Source of the DNA: Mayamaea pseudoterrestris
Taxonomy: Eukaryota
Assembly (NCBI GenBank): GCA_027923505.1
Contig: BROI01000036.1
Location: forward strand, 124,001 to 188,000
Direction of reading: 5' to 3'
Length of the DNA: 64,000 nucleotides
Shown here: positions 35,481 to 46,453 of the stretch, piece by piece
Position numbering within the stretch: the stretch's first letter is position 1
How the letters are laid out: each line of letters opens with the position of its first letter
Notes under the pieces: generated by a model
Database searches by the model: none
What the model was told of the DNA's origin: nothing
The model's input: the letters and a program-made list of their open reading frames with translations, nothing else
Position numbers and translations under genes: made by a program

Positions 35481-35738
35481 GCAAGTCTCTTCTTTCCAAT
35501 CGCCATGATCCTTGTTGATGGTGTGCACAAATCTTTAGCGACGATCCAGTGAGGAGTCTGTTATGCGTTAATGAAAACATGGCCGGCGCGCATTCACTTT
35601 CACGAATGCTTGGCGGGGATTATTCTTTTGCGACCATGCTGTTTGTATAGCTACAATGTCTTACAGTATGTTTAATAAGTCTTCTCTGTCCTCTATGGAT
35701 TACCAAACAGGAATCTTGACTCACCGATGCATCATTTT

Positions 35739-37719
35739 TTAATGTCCATACTCTTCCCGACGACGAGGCGCCGCCTTGACAATATCGTCGACGCGAAGAA
35801 TCATTTCTGCCGCCTCGGCCGCACTCGTCAAGCCCTGCATTTTGCTTCGAAAGCTTTCACGAATGCCCAATGCCGCCATGTCCCCAATCGTTCCAGCCAC
35901 CATGTCTAGTCCATACGTTGTCTTTCCCTGCGCATGCGCGGCTCTCAGCTGCGTCACCAACTCGGCGCTATCCAAACCGCCATTGTCGGCAATAATGTTT
36001 GGAATCTGACGCAACGCCCTCGCAAACGCCGCCATGGCGAGAGACTTTTTGCCAGGCGTTTCCTCGGCAGCGCGATCGATTGCGGCAGCCATGCTGATTT
36101 CGCAGCAGCCGCCTCCGTGAACCGTGCGTGGGTCATTCACCGTGGCAATGAGAATGCTCAAGGCGTCGTGCAACGAGCGCTCCGCTTCGTCGAGAACGTG
36201 CGAAGATGATCCTCTTAACACAATCGAGCAGGCGGCTCCAGTCTTGCAGCCACTGAAGCGAAGGAACTTGTCGTCGCCAATCATGGTCTGGCAAGAAGAA
36301 AAATAGTACAAGACGAGTGAATAGATGAGTCACTGTCAAGCAATACCAAAACACCATCAAACACGTTTGCACTCACCATTTCAACCAGGTCGCACTCGCC
36401 CAACTTGACCTCATGGTCAAAGGTCGAAGTAACATCTCCACCCGTCACGGCTGCCAGTCGCTCCACTCCATCAAAATCGGCATGCTCAATCGCCATGACC
36501 TGATGCTGTGCAAACAAGCTTTCCGGATAATTGTAAATCAACTGTCGGTTCACGAAAACGTTGCAGCCCGTCGCCACAATCTTTTGCACCTTCTTGTGCA
36601 TTTTCATCTTTTCCGCCGCCTCAATGTCCGCCACCTTGTCGAGCGAATCCACCTTGACGCGGCTTCCGTAAATCTTGATCTTGTCGGTATCCATACTAGT
36701 GTTTGCCACCAAAATCTTGGCATGTTCGACCCGACGCGGCTGTCCCAAACCGGGAGCCTTTTCCAGCAGAAAGCCTTCGTCCAAGTACGAGTCGCGCAAG
36801 CTTCCACCCTGCACCTTGATGACTTGAATGTGATTCAAATTGGGACTTCCTTGTAGTCGCAAGACGGCGTCAACGGCAAGTTGCGCAAACAGTTGCTTCT
36901 CATGCAGTAGCAACTTGCTACTCAGTGTCGTTCCCGCAATCTCCAAGAGCGCCGCCTTGAACCGCTCGTCCGGTTCACTACCACTTTCCGTCGCACTAAA
37001 CGTCGTCGCCAGTTGCTTGACTAAACACTCGCGCGCCGCATCCAGTGCCAAGCGATATCCCTGACAAATGGTTTGCGGATGAACGTGCTGCATCGTCACC
37101 AGCTCCTCGGCCTGCCGGAGCAACTCACCCGCCAAGACGACGACACTCGTCGTTCCGTCACCCACCTCCGAGTCTTGCACCTGCGACAGCTCCACCAAAA
37201 CGCGCGCCGCGGCGTTGTCCACGTGCACCTGCTTTAGTATGGTGGCGCCGTCGTTGGTGACGGAAATGCTTTGGTCGTGCTCCGAAACGTGCTGCAAAAT
37301 CTTGTCGAGGCCGCAGGGACCAAGTGTTGTTTTCACCAAGTCGGCGACGGCCATGGCGCCAATGAAACTTGATAGACGAGCGTTCTCGCCCTGTTATATA
37401 ATATTGTGAATGAGTAAATGAGAACAATAATTAAATGGAGAAAGAGAAGCAAAAAAGGAAGCGATCAACGAAAGATGCGAATAAATGAGCGAGCGAGCAG
37501 CCGAGCTCCCTCACAAAAGAGCAAGCATTCAATAGATCCATGCATTCGTAATCTCCATGAAAGCAAAGAGCCTCTTTGCTAAATCATGGATGCTCGCAGT
37601 CATCCCAAAATACTGTACTGATTTTATCACGAATGCTTAACCGATCATAGAACGAGACTAAATCTTGCGGCACGCACCTTGTCAACCGTCGTTCCTTCCG
37701 ATACAAACGCTTGCTCCAT
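35739..37719 (-). CDS. CCT2: T-complex protein 1 subunit beta; exons 37719-37678, 37390-36377, 36287-35739
   Basis: [82 protein letters not shown]. Confidence 0.96.
37542..37636 (-). ncRNA. Candidate structured intronic RNA in CCT2 intron 1
   Basis: 11-bp outer stem (with a G-U pair on the transcribed strand) enclosing a 7+8-bp hairpin; family unknown. Confidence 0.35.
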
Positions 37720-38019
37720 GATGTAACTGCTGCTGCTTTAAATCTATGCTAATGTAGAAGCTTCGTCTGCTACAGTGAATGAATACAGTATCCAGGATTC
37801 GCAAGGGGCAATGCGCGACGAAGGATGAATGGGCGGTGCTCGTCCATGGCGACCACTCGATTCCTGCGGTCGAGCAAATGTCGCACCGAAACATGCCAGT
37901 ACCGCAAAGACAATTCCACAGCTGGCCGAGACTGGTAGGAAGTTGTAAATCACATTGCAGTCTACTGAGACGCCCACCAGGCATAAAATCTTGTAGCGCA
38001 GCCTGAATAACGATGTTGG

Positions 38020-38640
38020 CACCATTCTGGTGTGATTTGGGTGTATATATGACATGTTATATGGGCAATGGAATGACAAGGCATCTGTGGGCTGAGACTG
38101 GTGAAAACTGATGCTACAGGTGAGCTGGGAATGATTGTTAGGCACCAATCTCACTGCAAGCATGTCTTCAAGAATATCCAAATGGAATTGATATCAAGAC
38201 CAAATTCATGGAGCACCATAGAGCTTCTGTGAGGATGTCATGAAGGCCTCACAACCATAGCTGCTTGCCTATGGTTCTTTCAACATCTCACCGCAAGCAT
38301 CGTCCCCAAGCATAGCCAAACAGAAAATGGAAAGACTACCTGAAGGCCCCACACGTAGCCAGTGCTGCCGATAACTAGACACAACTGTGAGGGAAAAATC
38401 CTCTGTGCTTGATTCTAAACAATTCATCTGACAGACCATCATAAAGGCACAAGCACTCATCTACAGACCAATTTGAGGAGCTCTGGTTGGTTTGCTGCAA
38501 AAGCAAATGTTCAGGTTGTTTGTGTCAGGAAGGGTTTACATCCTACTGACCAATGATTGTGGCAAGCTGGGACCAGAAGTGGTGTCACAATTGCCATTAC
38601 TTGAGTATGTTGCGCTGTGAAGCATAGTCATCCAATCCAA
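38020..38640. mobile_element. CpG-depleted degenerate sequence, probable transposon/repeat relic
   Basis: About 5 CpG in ~600 bp versus several per 60-bp line elsewhere; TG/CA-rich, and no recognisable protein in the frames read. Confidence 0.35.
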
Positions 38641-39035
38641 TGCAGCACTGCACTGTCAAGGTAGACGTGGCTTAGCTAACGACAGCCTGTCCCGCCTCCT
38701 CCATTGCAAATGACGAACGTCCGCGACTGCCGAAGCCAAACTCCCACGCATGTTTTGCGCGCGTATCACTCGATGCGTCATATTTTTGTACGTCAGTTCC
38801 GAAATGTATTCTTTATGAGTCATGCTACACATTCGGCGATAGTCACACGAAGCGTGCGTGAGTTTCAACCGCCGGTTGGTGCAAGGCCTTCGGCCGGCTG
38901 CTCATTGTCAATGACAGTCCGGCGCGCGCTGCGGCTTCGCGATGGTCACGCTTTCGCACCTTGCCTCACAATTTCAGATCGAAACAGGAACCAAGTGCTT
39001 GCGCACGTTTTGCTCGTCTACAATTTACACAAAAC

Positions 39036-39368
39036 ATGACAGACTCTGACTCTAGCGACTCGTCGACGCGATCATCCATGGAGGAGGCTTCCGCCGCGAC
39101 GAGGCGGTCGGGGGCAAATGGCAGCTTTTATGACGACGATCCCGTCCAGCACTTGTTCGACGTTTGTCGACCATTTTACGCATCGAGCGATGGGCAGCAG
39201 CAGGACGAGCCATCAACGGGGAGCTTTATAAATACTTTGAACTTGCCTCCTCGACTGGATGATGCCGTTGGAGCTGCAGTCGTTACCGTCGATGCAAGCA
39301 AGAGGCCGCAGAGAAAGGCAATGCCGATGCAGCGCAGCAAGAAGCGCAAGACATCATCCTCACCATGA
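39036..39368 (+). CDS. Small hypothetical protein (110 aa)
   Basis: ATG in aaacATG context, Ser-rich start, basic C-terminus. Confidence 0.4.
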   Translation: MTDSDSSDSSTRSSMEEASAATRRSGANGSFYDDDPVQHLFDVCRPFYASSDGQQQDEPSTGSFINTLNLPPRLDDAVGAAVVTVDASKRPQRKAMPMQRSKKRKTSSSP

Positions 39369-39598
39369 CAAGCAAGCGATATACATGAGTATCCAAGAAT
39401 GGTTCTGCGTTAAAAAATCTCATACGATAATGTGCTGGTGTATATAGAACGAAACCAAGTTTACAACTATTCTATGTGATTTACCGGCGCGGCACGATAT
39501 GATCGCAAAGAGGACTATTATTCGTCGTCGCCTCATCATGGCTGCAAGGCCCGCTCGTGCAACCATCCCAAAAGAGATGGCATCAATGTGTCTCGTAG

Positions 39599-40630
39599 CT
39601 ACTGCTCATCCTTCAATCCAACTAGCATTTCCGCCTCATCTCCATCGTTTCGCAGCGGCCCAAAGATGTGTTCCAACGTGACGCCACTCAAATCCGACAA
39701 TTTCGCCGCGGCGCCCTCCTCGTAAAAGTCGGCCGCCGCCGTGCTCGCCGTGTACGTAATTATACACTTCATCTTGGCCGCGTTGGCGGCTCGCAGTCCC
39801 ACGAGCGAGTCTTCAATGACAACACACTTGCTGGCGTCCATGTTTAGTGTCTCACGCGCCGTGTCGTAAATCATGGGATGCGGTTTCTTCTCCGCTACAT
39901 CGTCACCAAGCAGTAGCACGTCCAGTTGCTCCAGTCGCTCCGATCCAAGTGTCGCTTGCAGCGTCGTGACAGCGGCCGCCTTGGTTGCCGCGCTGCACAC
40001 GCCCACGGCAATGCGCGGGTCATGCAGCGCCTCATCCATGAGCTCCAGCACGCCTGGTCGCGCCTGCGCATCACGCAAAATCATGGATTGAAAGTGTTTC
40101 GTTTTGCAGTCCTGCAGTTGATCAATGAGTCGCGACTGCTCGTCGGGAGTGGTTGGTGCAGGTTGCTGCTCATTGTTTTTCTTATCATAGTACTTGGGCC
40201 ACGTTTTGGCCGTGTTTTGAAAATGCCAGCGCATCTTTGGCTTGCCGCCGCCCACCGTGTTTTGCAGTACATCGTAGTATTCAACGCTCCATGAAACTGG
40301 TTCGTCGTTGATAGTCAAATTGAACTCGCGAAAGGCGGTATTGTAGGCGCGACGATGAAACTCCTCCGTTTCGAGAATGACGCCGTCGCAGTCAAATAGT
40401 AATGCGTATTCAAAATTATTCTTATTATCGCTGGTAGAAGTGTCAGTAGTCATTGATAGAGCATGATCAGCTCTTGTTGCTGATTGATATTGATGCAGGC
40501 TTGGTTGTCTTGTGAATAATGGTGCACTTGCGCGCGTCACGACAAAGCAATCGACGCTTTGAAGAAGCAGCAGCAGCTGCATTCCTGCTATTGCTAGTAG
40601 CAGATGGACATTGCTGCATTGTTTCGTCAT
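39599..40630 (-). CDS. cbbY: Plastid CbbY-like HAD phosphatase (xylulose-1,5-bisphosphate phosphatase family)
   Basis: Signal peptide ending VDC-F; ALLFDCDGVILETEEFHRRAYN, W..EYYDVLQNTVGGGKPKMRWHF, GDDVAEKKPHP, CVVIEDSLVGL. Confidence 0.85.
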   Translation of the reverse strand: MTKQCSNVHLLLAIAGMQLLLLLQSVDCFVVTRASAPLFTRQPSLHQYQSATRADHALSMTTDTSTSDNKNNFEYALLFDCDGVILETEEFHRRAYNTAFREFNLTINDEPVSWSVEYYDVLQNTVGGGKPKMRWHFQNTAKTWPKYYDKKNNEQQPAPTTPDEQSRLIDQLQDCKTKHFQSMILRDAQARPGVLELMDEALHDPRIAVGVCSAATKAAAVTTLQATLGSERLEQLDVLLLGDDVAEKKPHPMIYDTARETLNMDASKCVVIEDSLVGLRAANAAKMKCIITYTASTAAADFYEEGAAAKLSDLSGVTLEHIFGPLRNDGDEAEMLVGLKDEQ

Positions 40631-40722
40631 TGTTCTGTTGTGAATGGTACAAAGGAGCATGCAACCATTCGTCTACAGTGTGAGCAGTGGAGTCTCGCGT
40701 TCGTTTGCGCCATGGTCGAGTC

Positions 40723-40765
40723 GACTGACGTACACTTGCTAAAGCGGCACTGAAATGCCACGTCA
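40723..40765 (-). promoter_or_regulatory. ACGTCAGTC (minus strand, 40731-40723) and TGACGT (minus strand, 40765-40760) upstream of cbbY
   Basis: Same 9-mer, 101 bp upstream of ATG 40630; the region is shared with the divergent Nup50 gene. Confidence 0.4.
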
Positions 40766-40897
40766 TAGCGTCCGTCCGCCACCCGCTCACAGCAGCGGCA
40801 ACCACCATGGCGCATGTTCGCGCACCTTTTGTATCGCAGTCGTTGCAATCTCTTGCTGCTACAACAAGTCACGCTGTAAAACACCTCAATCGCAACC

Positions 40898-42379
40898 ATG
40901 GGAAAACGCGGCGCCGATGTCCAGCTCACCAAGGACGATGTCGCTGACGACGACGACGTGAATCAAAATGACGCTTCCACTTCCGCTCCAGTGCGCGCCT
41001 CGGAGCAAGTCATGGCGCAGCGGCGCGTCATTCAACTGGGCCGCGACGCCACCGGAAAGGTAGATTTGACCAAAAAGGCCAAGGTGGTGAATCCGTTTGC
41101 GAACATTGACTTGCGCGTTAAAAATACGAATAGTGCTCCAGCAGCTTCCTTTGACTTTGGTGCGATTCCTGCAACTGCAGCGACTCCTGCGACTGCTGCT
41201 GCAAGTAACAATACTGTTACTGCAGACGCTCTCAAAGCGCAGGAGAATACGACCGAGACTTCTGCTGCTGCATCCAAGGAGGAAAAGAAAACGACGTCTG
41301 GAGCAGCCGAAGCGGTCCCTGCCGCGGACATTAAAAATGGCGCTAAAAATGACTCGACGACAACCAATGCGGACGCTTCCGTCACGAAACCAGCTTCCAG
41401 TAGTACATTTGGAGGCTTTGGAAGTGGCACGGCGTTCAAGGGATTCGGAGAAGCGGCGGCGCCGGCCAGTAGCGGTTTTGGATCAGCAGCAGCCGGCTCT
41501 GGATTCTCCTTTGCCTCGTCCTTTCCAACGACGACGAGTTCCTTGTTTGGACAGGCTGCAGTAGGTAGCAGCAGTAATGCAACCATTCCATTCACCTTTG
41601 GAAGCACCAAGCCCTTTGATGCAAATGCTGCTGCAGCAAATAATGCCGACAATGACGAAGACGAGACTACTTCCGCCGGACGTAACATTGCACCCATTGC
41701 CGACTTGCCAACCGACTATCACTGCTCCACGGGCGAGGAGGACGAAACGGTGTTGCTGTCAATGCGATGCCACGTGAGGCGATGGGTGCCAGCGGCGGCG
41801 GCGAACGAGACGAATGATGGAGCAAACGATGGAGCACCAAGTGTCAACAACGTCAAGGCGGTGGCGCCGTCCGAGCAGTTTGCCATTGCGACTGATAACA
41901 AGACTGCTGCTGCTGCTGCTGGCAATGAAGGCGACGCAAAGAGTAGCGACGAAAACAAGAATCATTCTTTGTCCGCTGCTGCCACCACTGCCAACGGCGC
42001 ATGGAAGGAGGTTGGCACTGGCCCGCTGAAACTGCTGCAGCAAACCAACGACGCGACCATGCTGCGCGTCGTGCAGCGCCGCGAATCGTTTATTCATGGA
42101 CCACCCACGCGTGTCGCGCTCAACTTGCCGCTGTACGCGCAGACGCGCGTCGAGCTGGTCAGTGACAAGTACGTCAAGGTCATTTCGCCGTTGCCGGTGT
42201 ATTTGCCGACGAACAGTGATAGTAGTGAAGGTAGTAGCGATGCAACGGCGGCGGCGTCGTTTTCGTTCCTCTTCAAGTTCAAGGATTTGAAGGAGGCGTC
42301 GGAGTTTCACGTCAAGCTCGTGGCGGAATGTACGGCCAATGCCAGGCCTGCGGCAAAAAGTGGTAGCAGCAGCAAATAG
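40898..42379 (+). CDS. NUP50: Nup50/Nup2-like nucleoporin with FG repeats and RanBD
   Basis: MGKRGADVQLTKDD N-terminus, FG/FxFG repeats, TGEEDE...WKEVGTGPLKLL...RVVQRRE Ran-binding domain. Confidence 0.85.
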   Translation: MGKRGADVQLTKDDVADDDDVNQNDASTSAPVRASEQVMAQRRVIQLGRDATGKVDLTKKAKVVNPFANIDLRVKNTNSAPAASFDFGAIPATAATPATAAASNNTVTADALKAQENTTETSAAASKEEKKTTSGAAEAVPAADIKNGAKNDSTTTNADASVTKPASSSTFGGFGSGTAFKGFGEAAAPASSGFGSAAAGSGFSFASSFPTTTSSLFGQAAVGSSSNATIPFTFGSTKPFDANAAAANNADNDEDETTSAGRNIAPIADLPTDYHCSTGEEDETVLLSMRCHVRRWVPAAAANETNDGANDGAPSVNNVKAVAPSEQFAIATDNKTAAAAAGNEGDAKSSDENKNHSLSAAATTANGAWKEVGTGPLKLLQQTNDATMLRVVQRRESFIHGPPTRVALNLPLYAQTRVELVSDKYVKVISPLPVYLPTNSDSSEGSSDATAAASFSFLFKFKDLKEASEFHVKLVAECTANARPAAKSGSSSK

Positions 42380-42592
42380 TCAAGACGATGGTGGCATTGG
42401 AGAATGGCGATGGCTGATTGAACGATTGAATAGTGGAAGCGAACGATGTGTGTGATGATGAATGATGCGCACGCGCAACGAGGATGATAGTTGTTTACGC
42501 GGTATGGCTGACTCCGAAGGTGGTGGAGGATTTGTGTCAAGTAGACAATCATATCAATGACAATAAACCAATATATAAGACAACGATAATTT

Positions 42593-42893
42593 TTAGCTCA
42601 ACAGTACACCATTGTAATTGGCAAAGTGTTTTTGCGCCATTTCAACGATCGTGGTTGGGTCAGCCAGAGTGCTAGTGTCACCCTGCTGATCCGCTTCCCA
42701 AGAGATAATGTTGCGCAGGATGCGTCGCATAATCTTGCCGGAGCGCGTTATTGGTAACGTAGGCACAATGTAGAGCTTGTTGGGGCTGGCGAATGCACCA
42801 ATTTCGGAGAGAATCTTTCAAACTACTGGTAGCTCCTTGATCAAGGTCTTGCTCTCCTGTGTTATCACGTCAAGCATGCAAATGGGAATCCAA
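42593..42893 (-). pseudogene. acs: Acetyl-CoA synthetase C-terminal gene fragment
   Basis: Not in the ORF track. Manual translation: [62 protein letters not shown]. In-frame TGA at 42818-42820; no upstream ACS exons seen. Confidence 0.85.
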
Positions 42894-43013
42894 GTTTTGC
42901 GAACGCGGCACTGTCGATGGAATTTACATTAAAACCTTCCCGACCTGTCGACTATGTGACAAGGCTGGTGCATTCTTGGATTCGTCGCTACCGCAGCAAC
43001 AGTAAGTTTCACC

Positions 43014-43232
43014 ATGACCATGTCATCAAAAAGCAAGCGCAGCAAGCGCAGGCGGCTTTTAGATCGCTACGGAAGCAAATGTTTCTGGTGTCACAAGCAG
43101 CTTTGCTCTTCACAAATCACTTTGGATCACCTCGTCCCACTTGCCTTGGGTGGATCGAACGACATTGGGAACCTTCGGCTGTCATGTCGATACTGTAATC
43201 TCGCACGCGCATGCACGTGTACTCATTGGTAG
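43014..43232 (+). CDS. Minimal HNH endonuclease (72 aa)
   Basis: CFWC...ITLDHLVPLALGGSNDIGNLRLSCRYCN: HNH motif plus two CxxC pairs. Confidence 0.8.
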   Translation: MTMSSKSKRSKRRRLLDRYGSKCFWCHKQLCSSQITLDHLVPLALGGSNDIGNLRLSCRYCNLARACTCTHW

Positions 43233-43416
43233 AAAAGTAGAGAGTCGGATACTTCATTTTGGATTGTTAAGTCGTGCCCATTATTCGCTGAGATACATGA
43301 ATTCAAATTACGTAGCAAATCACTTATATATCGAACCTTCAAGAGGGCATTTGCACTCGAGGCGTGCAGGCCGTCGAGAGCATCACCAGCACTGCACTGC
43401 CATCGCCAAATGTCTA

Positions 43417-45012
43417 TCAGTCGTCGGCCAAACGCAACTGCTGCTTGAGAAGGACGAGCACATTCCACGTGGTGAGGAGCAGTCGCAACACGCGAGTTGA
43501 ATCGGCCTCATCGCCGGGCCCGCCAAGTCGCGAGCCAACTAGTATTCTTTGTCGATTCACAGCCATAATATGGGACACTTGTTCGCGCCAGCGCGGTTCA
43601 AAAGTCAGTTTATCGTACCAGCTCCTGTCTTTCAGTATTTCAACCTCTACCAGCGTTGAATCCATTGCGCCCATTGCCGCTAATAGAGCGTCCGAAGCAA
43701 ATGCCGATCCTTTGTAAAAGAAGCTTGCAGATAGGTCAGCTTTTGCAGTATTGCATTTTCTTTTACCGTGGTCACCAGCTCTTTTAGTACTATCGCTTCA
43801 TTTTCAAGGCAGCGCAGTTTAATGATGCTTAGTTCGCGCACATTCCACCGACGCGACGATTCCAGAAACCTTGTCATCATCACGGGATCGCTCAAATGAT
43901 ACAAAATAAGGGTTTCTATAACAGTCCCATCCATCATGGCTGAGCAAAAACTTTCAGCGAAAACACTGTTCAACGCAATGGGCGAAGATGTTGACCCAAC
44001 GTGCAGCTCTCTCATGGTGGATGGAGGCATTGAACTCGTTTCAACTTCATCTTCCATTGACTGACGCTCTACTTGAATAAACCCGATATCTAAGGTTTTG
44101 ATGCGAGAGGCAATGATTCCTTGGCAAACAATATCACTTGCAAGTGCAGTATCGAAAGTCACATACTCGATTAACAAGTTTGCGAGAGACGTACTTTCGA
44201 TGAGCCTTCGTAAAGCGTCTCCATCTGCTTGAGAGGCTACATGAATAGTCAAATCACCAAGCGAGCTACCATTTCTATCGTTTAGTTTGCACCTAGCAAG
44301 TCTAGGGAGTTTCGAAAGCGCCGAGCAAACCGTTGCAAAAGTTTGCGAGGGAAGTTCACGGATATCAACTTGCTCCAGCAGGGCATGCATACTGAGAATG
44401 TTCCCCAATGACTGAATTTGATGATCTTGTAGGATCACTCTTGGTTTGAAGGACATCACTAAGTTGTCAAGGCATTTTGTAGTGCACATAATTGCGCCGG
44501 CTATTGGAAAGGAAAAGGAGCATACGTCGAACAGCTGAAGGCGATGGATCGATCGCGTCGCGCCAATCGTTGTCAAAAAAGCATAAATCTCATCCATACA
44601 AGAAGCAAGATCGAGATGTATGTCAACCTCCCTGAGCTTCCTCAAAGCCAAAGCTATACCGCCAAAGTGAAACTCCGCGTAGATTTCAGGATGAGAACAA
44701 TGAGTCGCGACAAAGGGCGTGCAGTCGAGCCACTCTCGGCGTATCTCGGGAAGCATGGCAAGGGCCAAGACCAAAAGCCCCATCAAACCATATACAACCA
44801 TCGCCATAAATTCGAGAAATGATTGTATCGCCATATTCGACTCTATTCTCGGCGTGTAACAATAAATTCGCCACCGTCCAGTGTTCTGCGGCTTCGTCGC
44901 AAAACAGATCCGGAAAGAGCGGAATGTCGTAATTCTCTATCAAGTATTCTTCCCATTCCTCTTCCCGAGCAGCTTCTTCATCAAAATCGTCAAAAAGGTC
45001 TTGTTCATCCAT
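43417..45012 (-). pseudogene. Frameshifted RNI/LRR-like gene (three ORF pieces)
   Basis: ORFs 45012-44686, 44834-43680 and 43674-43417 lie in different frames, with LxxLxL-like segments. Unrecognised introns cannot be excluded. Confidence 0.4.
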
Positions 45013-45503
45013 TGCAAAGGCTCTGTCTGATTGGTGGTGGTTGAGGTGATTCTAAAAGGTATCGAAGATCTGACTGCAATTTGGAACGAGGGTCAAATGA
45101 GTGGCGTGCGCGGAACGGGCTTGCGCGTGGATGACGTTTCTCAACTACAAGGGTAAAACCGGTACGACGTGCTTTCGCTTACACGACTCCTTTCGCAGTG
45201 AAAAGTGGCATGTGTGTCTCAAAACTGCACACATAAAACAGCCGACGCAAATTCAAACGACGATTGATTGACTCGGATAAGCACTTACATCGACGTTGCA
45301 ACCCATGAATGAACGCCAGTCCATTGAAACGTGACGTTTTACTTAGGTTATCATCGATCGTACCAGTTCAAGAGAAGATCACGAATCAATTGACGAAACG
45401 CAAGCGCGCCAATGAAGCTTTGACTTTTGAGCCTGCACTTTGAAATGTGCTCACAAAAACAAGACAAGGATCGTTCAGACACACATTATTTTTTTGCTTC
45501 ACC

Positions 45504-46383
45504 ATGATGCTCTGCACCAAAACTATCGTCGCCCTTGTGGCACTATCCGCTACCTCTGTCCTTGGTGTAAGTATGCAGCCTTTTTGTCACTGCAATCGCT
45601 TGTTCAGAGTTTACTCGTTGTACTTGCGCTCACAATATTCTGTATTTTTTCGTGAATCTACAGTCCAACTTGCGAAACACCGCGACCGAGATTGATCGCG
45701 AGAGCAATACTCATCTCCATGAGACTGCTGCAGTACCCAAAAATCATGGTGAGCGCCGCCTCGACACGATTAACGACGTCTCGATCGCCAAGGAGGGTCG
45801 CGTCGACACGTACTACGAACCGAGTGCCTGTTTCGGCTATGGCGCTAACTCTGTCTTTTTGGAGGCATACACTGGCTCCATCAAGCAGGTCGATTACTTT
45901 CGAGCCGAAAAGTCTCTTTTCATCAATGTTCAAGTTTGGAAGGACTGCACCGACCAGTCGGCGACGCGCCTTTCCGCCATTCTGGACACGTTTGAAAGCG
46001 ATGTCAAGATTGTGATTGCCAAAAACCTCAAGTCGGCGACGGGCAAGGGCAAGGTCTTGAGTGGCAAGCTCGTCACGGAGGTTTGCCCCAAGGTTTGCGT
46101 CAATAATTATTGCAACTACGACAATTGTGGCAGCAAGAAGGAAACAATTGGCGAGTTTACGGTGGACGCCACTTGGAGCGCGCTCAAGCCGGCCGAAAAC
46201 TTTACCAGTACGGAGGGTCATTCGACCGTGGACTTTAATCAAATGGACAGCAGTGTGCGATCCGAGCGAGCGGCGACGGCCAATATCATTGTCAAGTTCA
46301 AAGGCACGGCGCTGCCCATGCGAACCAAGTGGACTGGTCTCATCAGCGAGTCGACAACGACCAACACCTACACGGAGTATTGA
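45504..46383 (+). CDS. Secreted beta-rich protein with propeptide; exons 45504-45566, 45664-46383
   Basis: Signal peptide MMLCTKTIVALVALSATSVLG, GTAAGT...CAG intron, SNLR...ERRL processing-type motif, Cys cluster CPKVCVNNYCNYDNC. Confidence 0.75.
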
Positions 46384-46453
46384 TAAAGTGAAGTCATAGA
46401 TTTTATATGGTTTGTTGTTTGTGTACATTAAATCTTGCAGCAATATTATTACG

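Noticed and set aside
45658..46443. 261-aa minus-strand ORF
   Set aside because: The plus strand has the signal peptide, intron and coherent protein.
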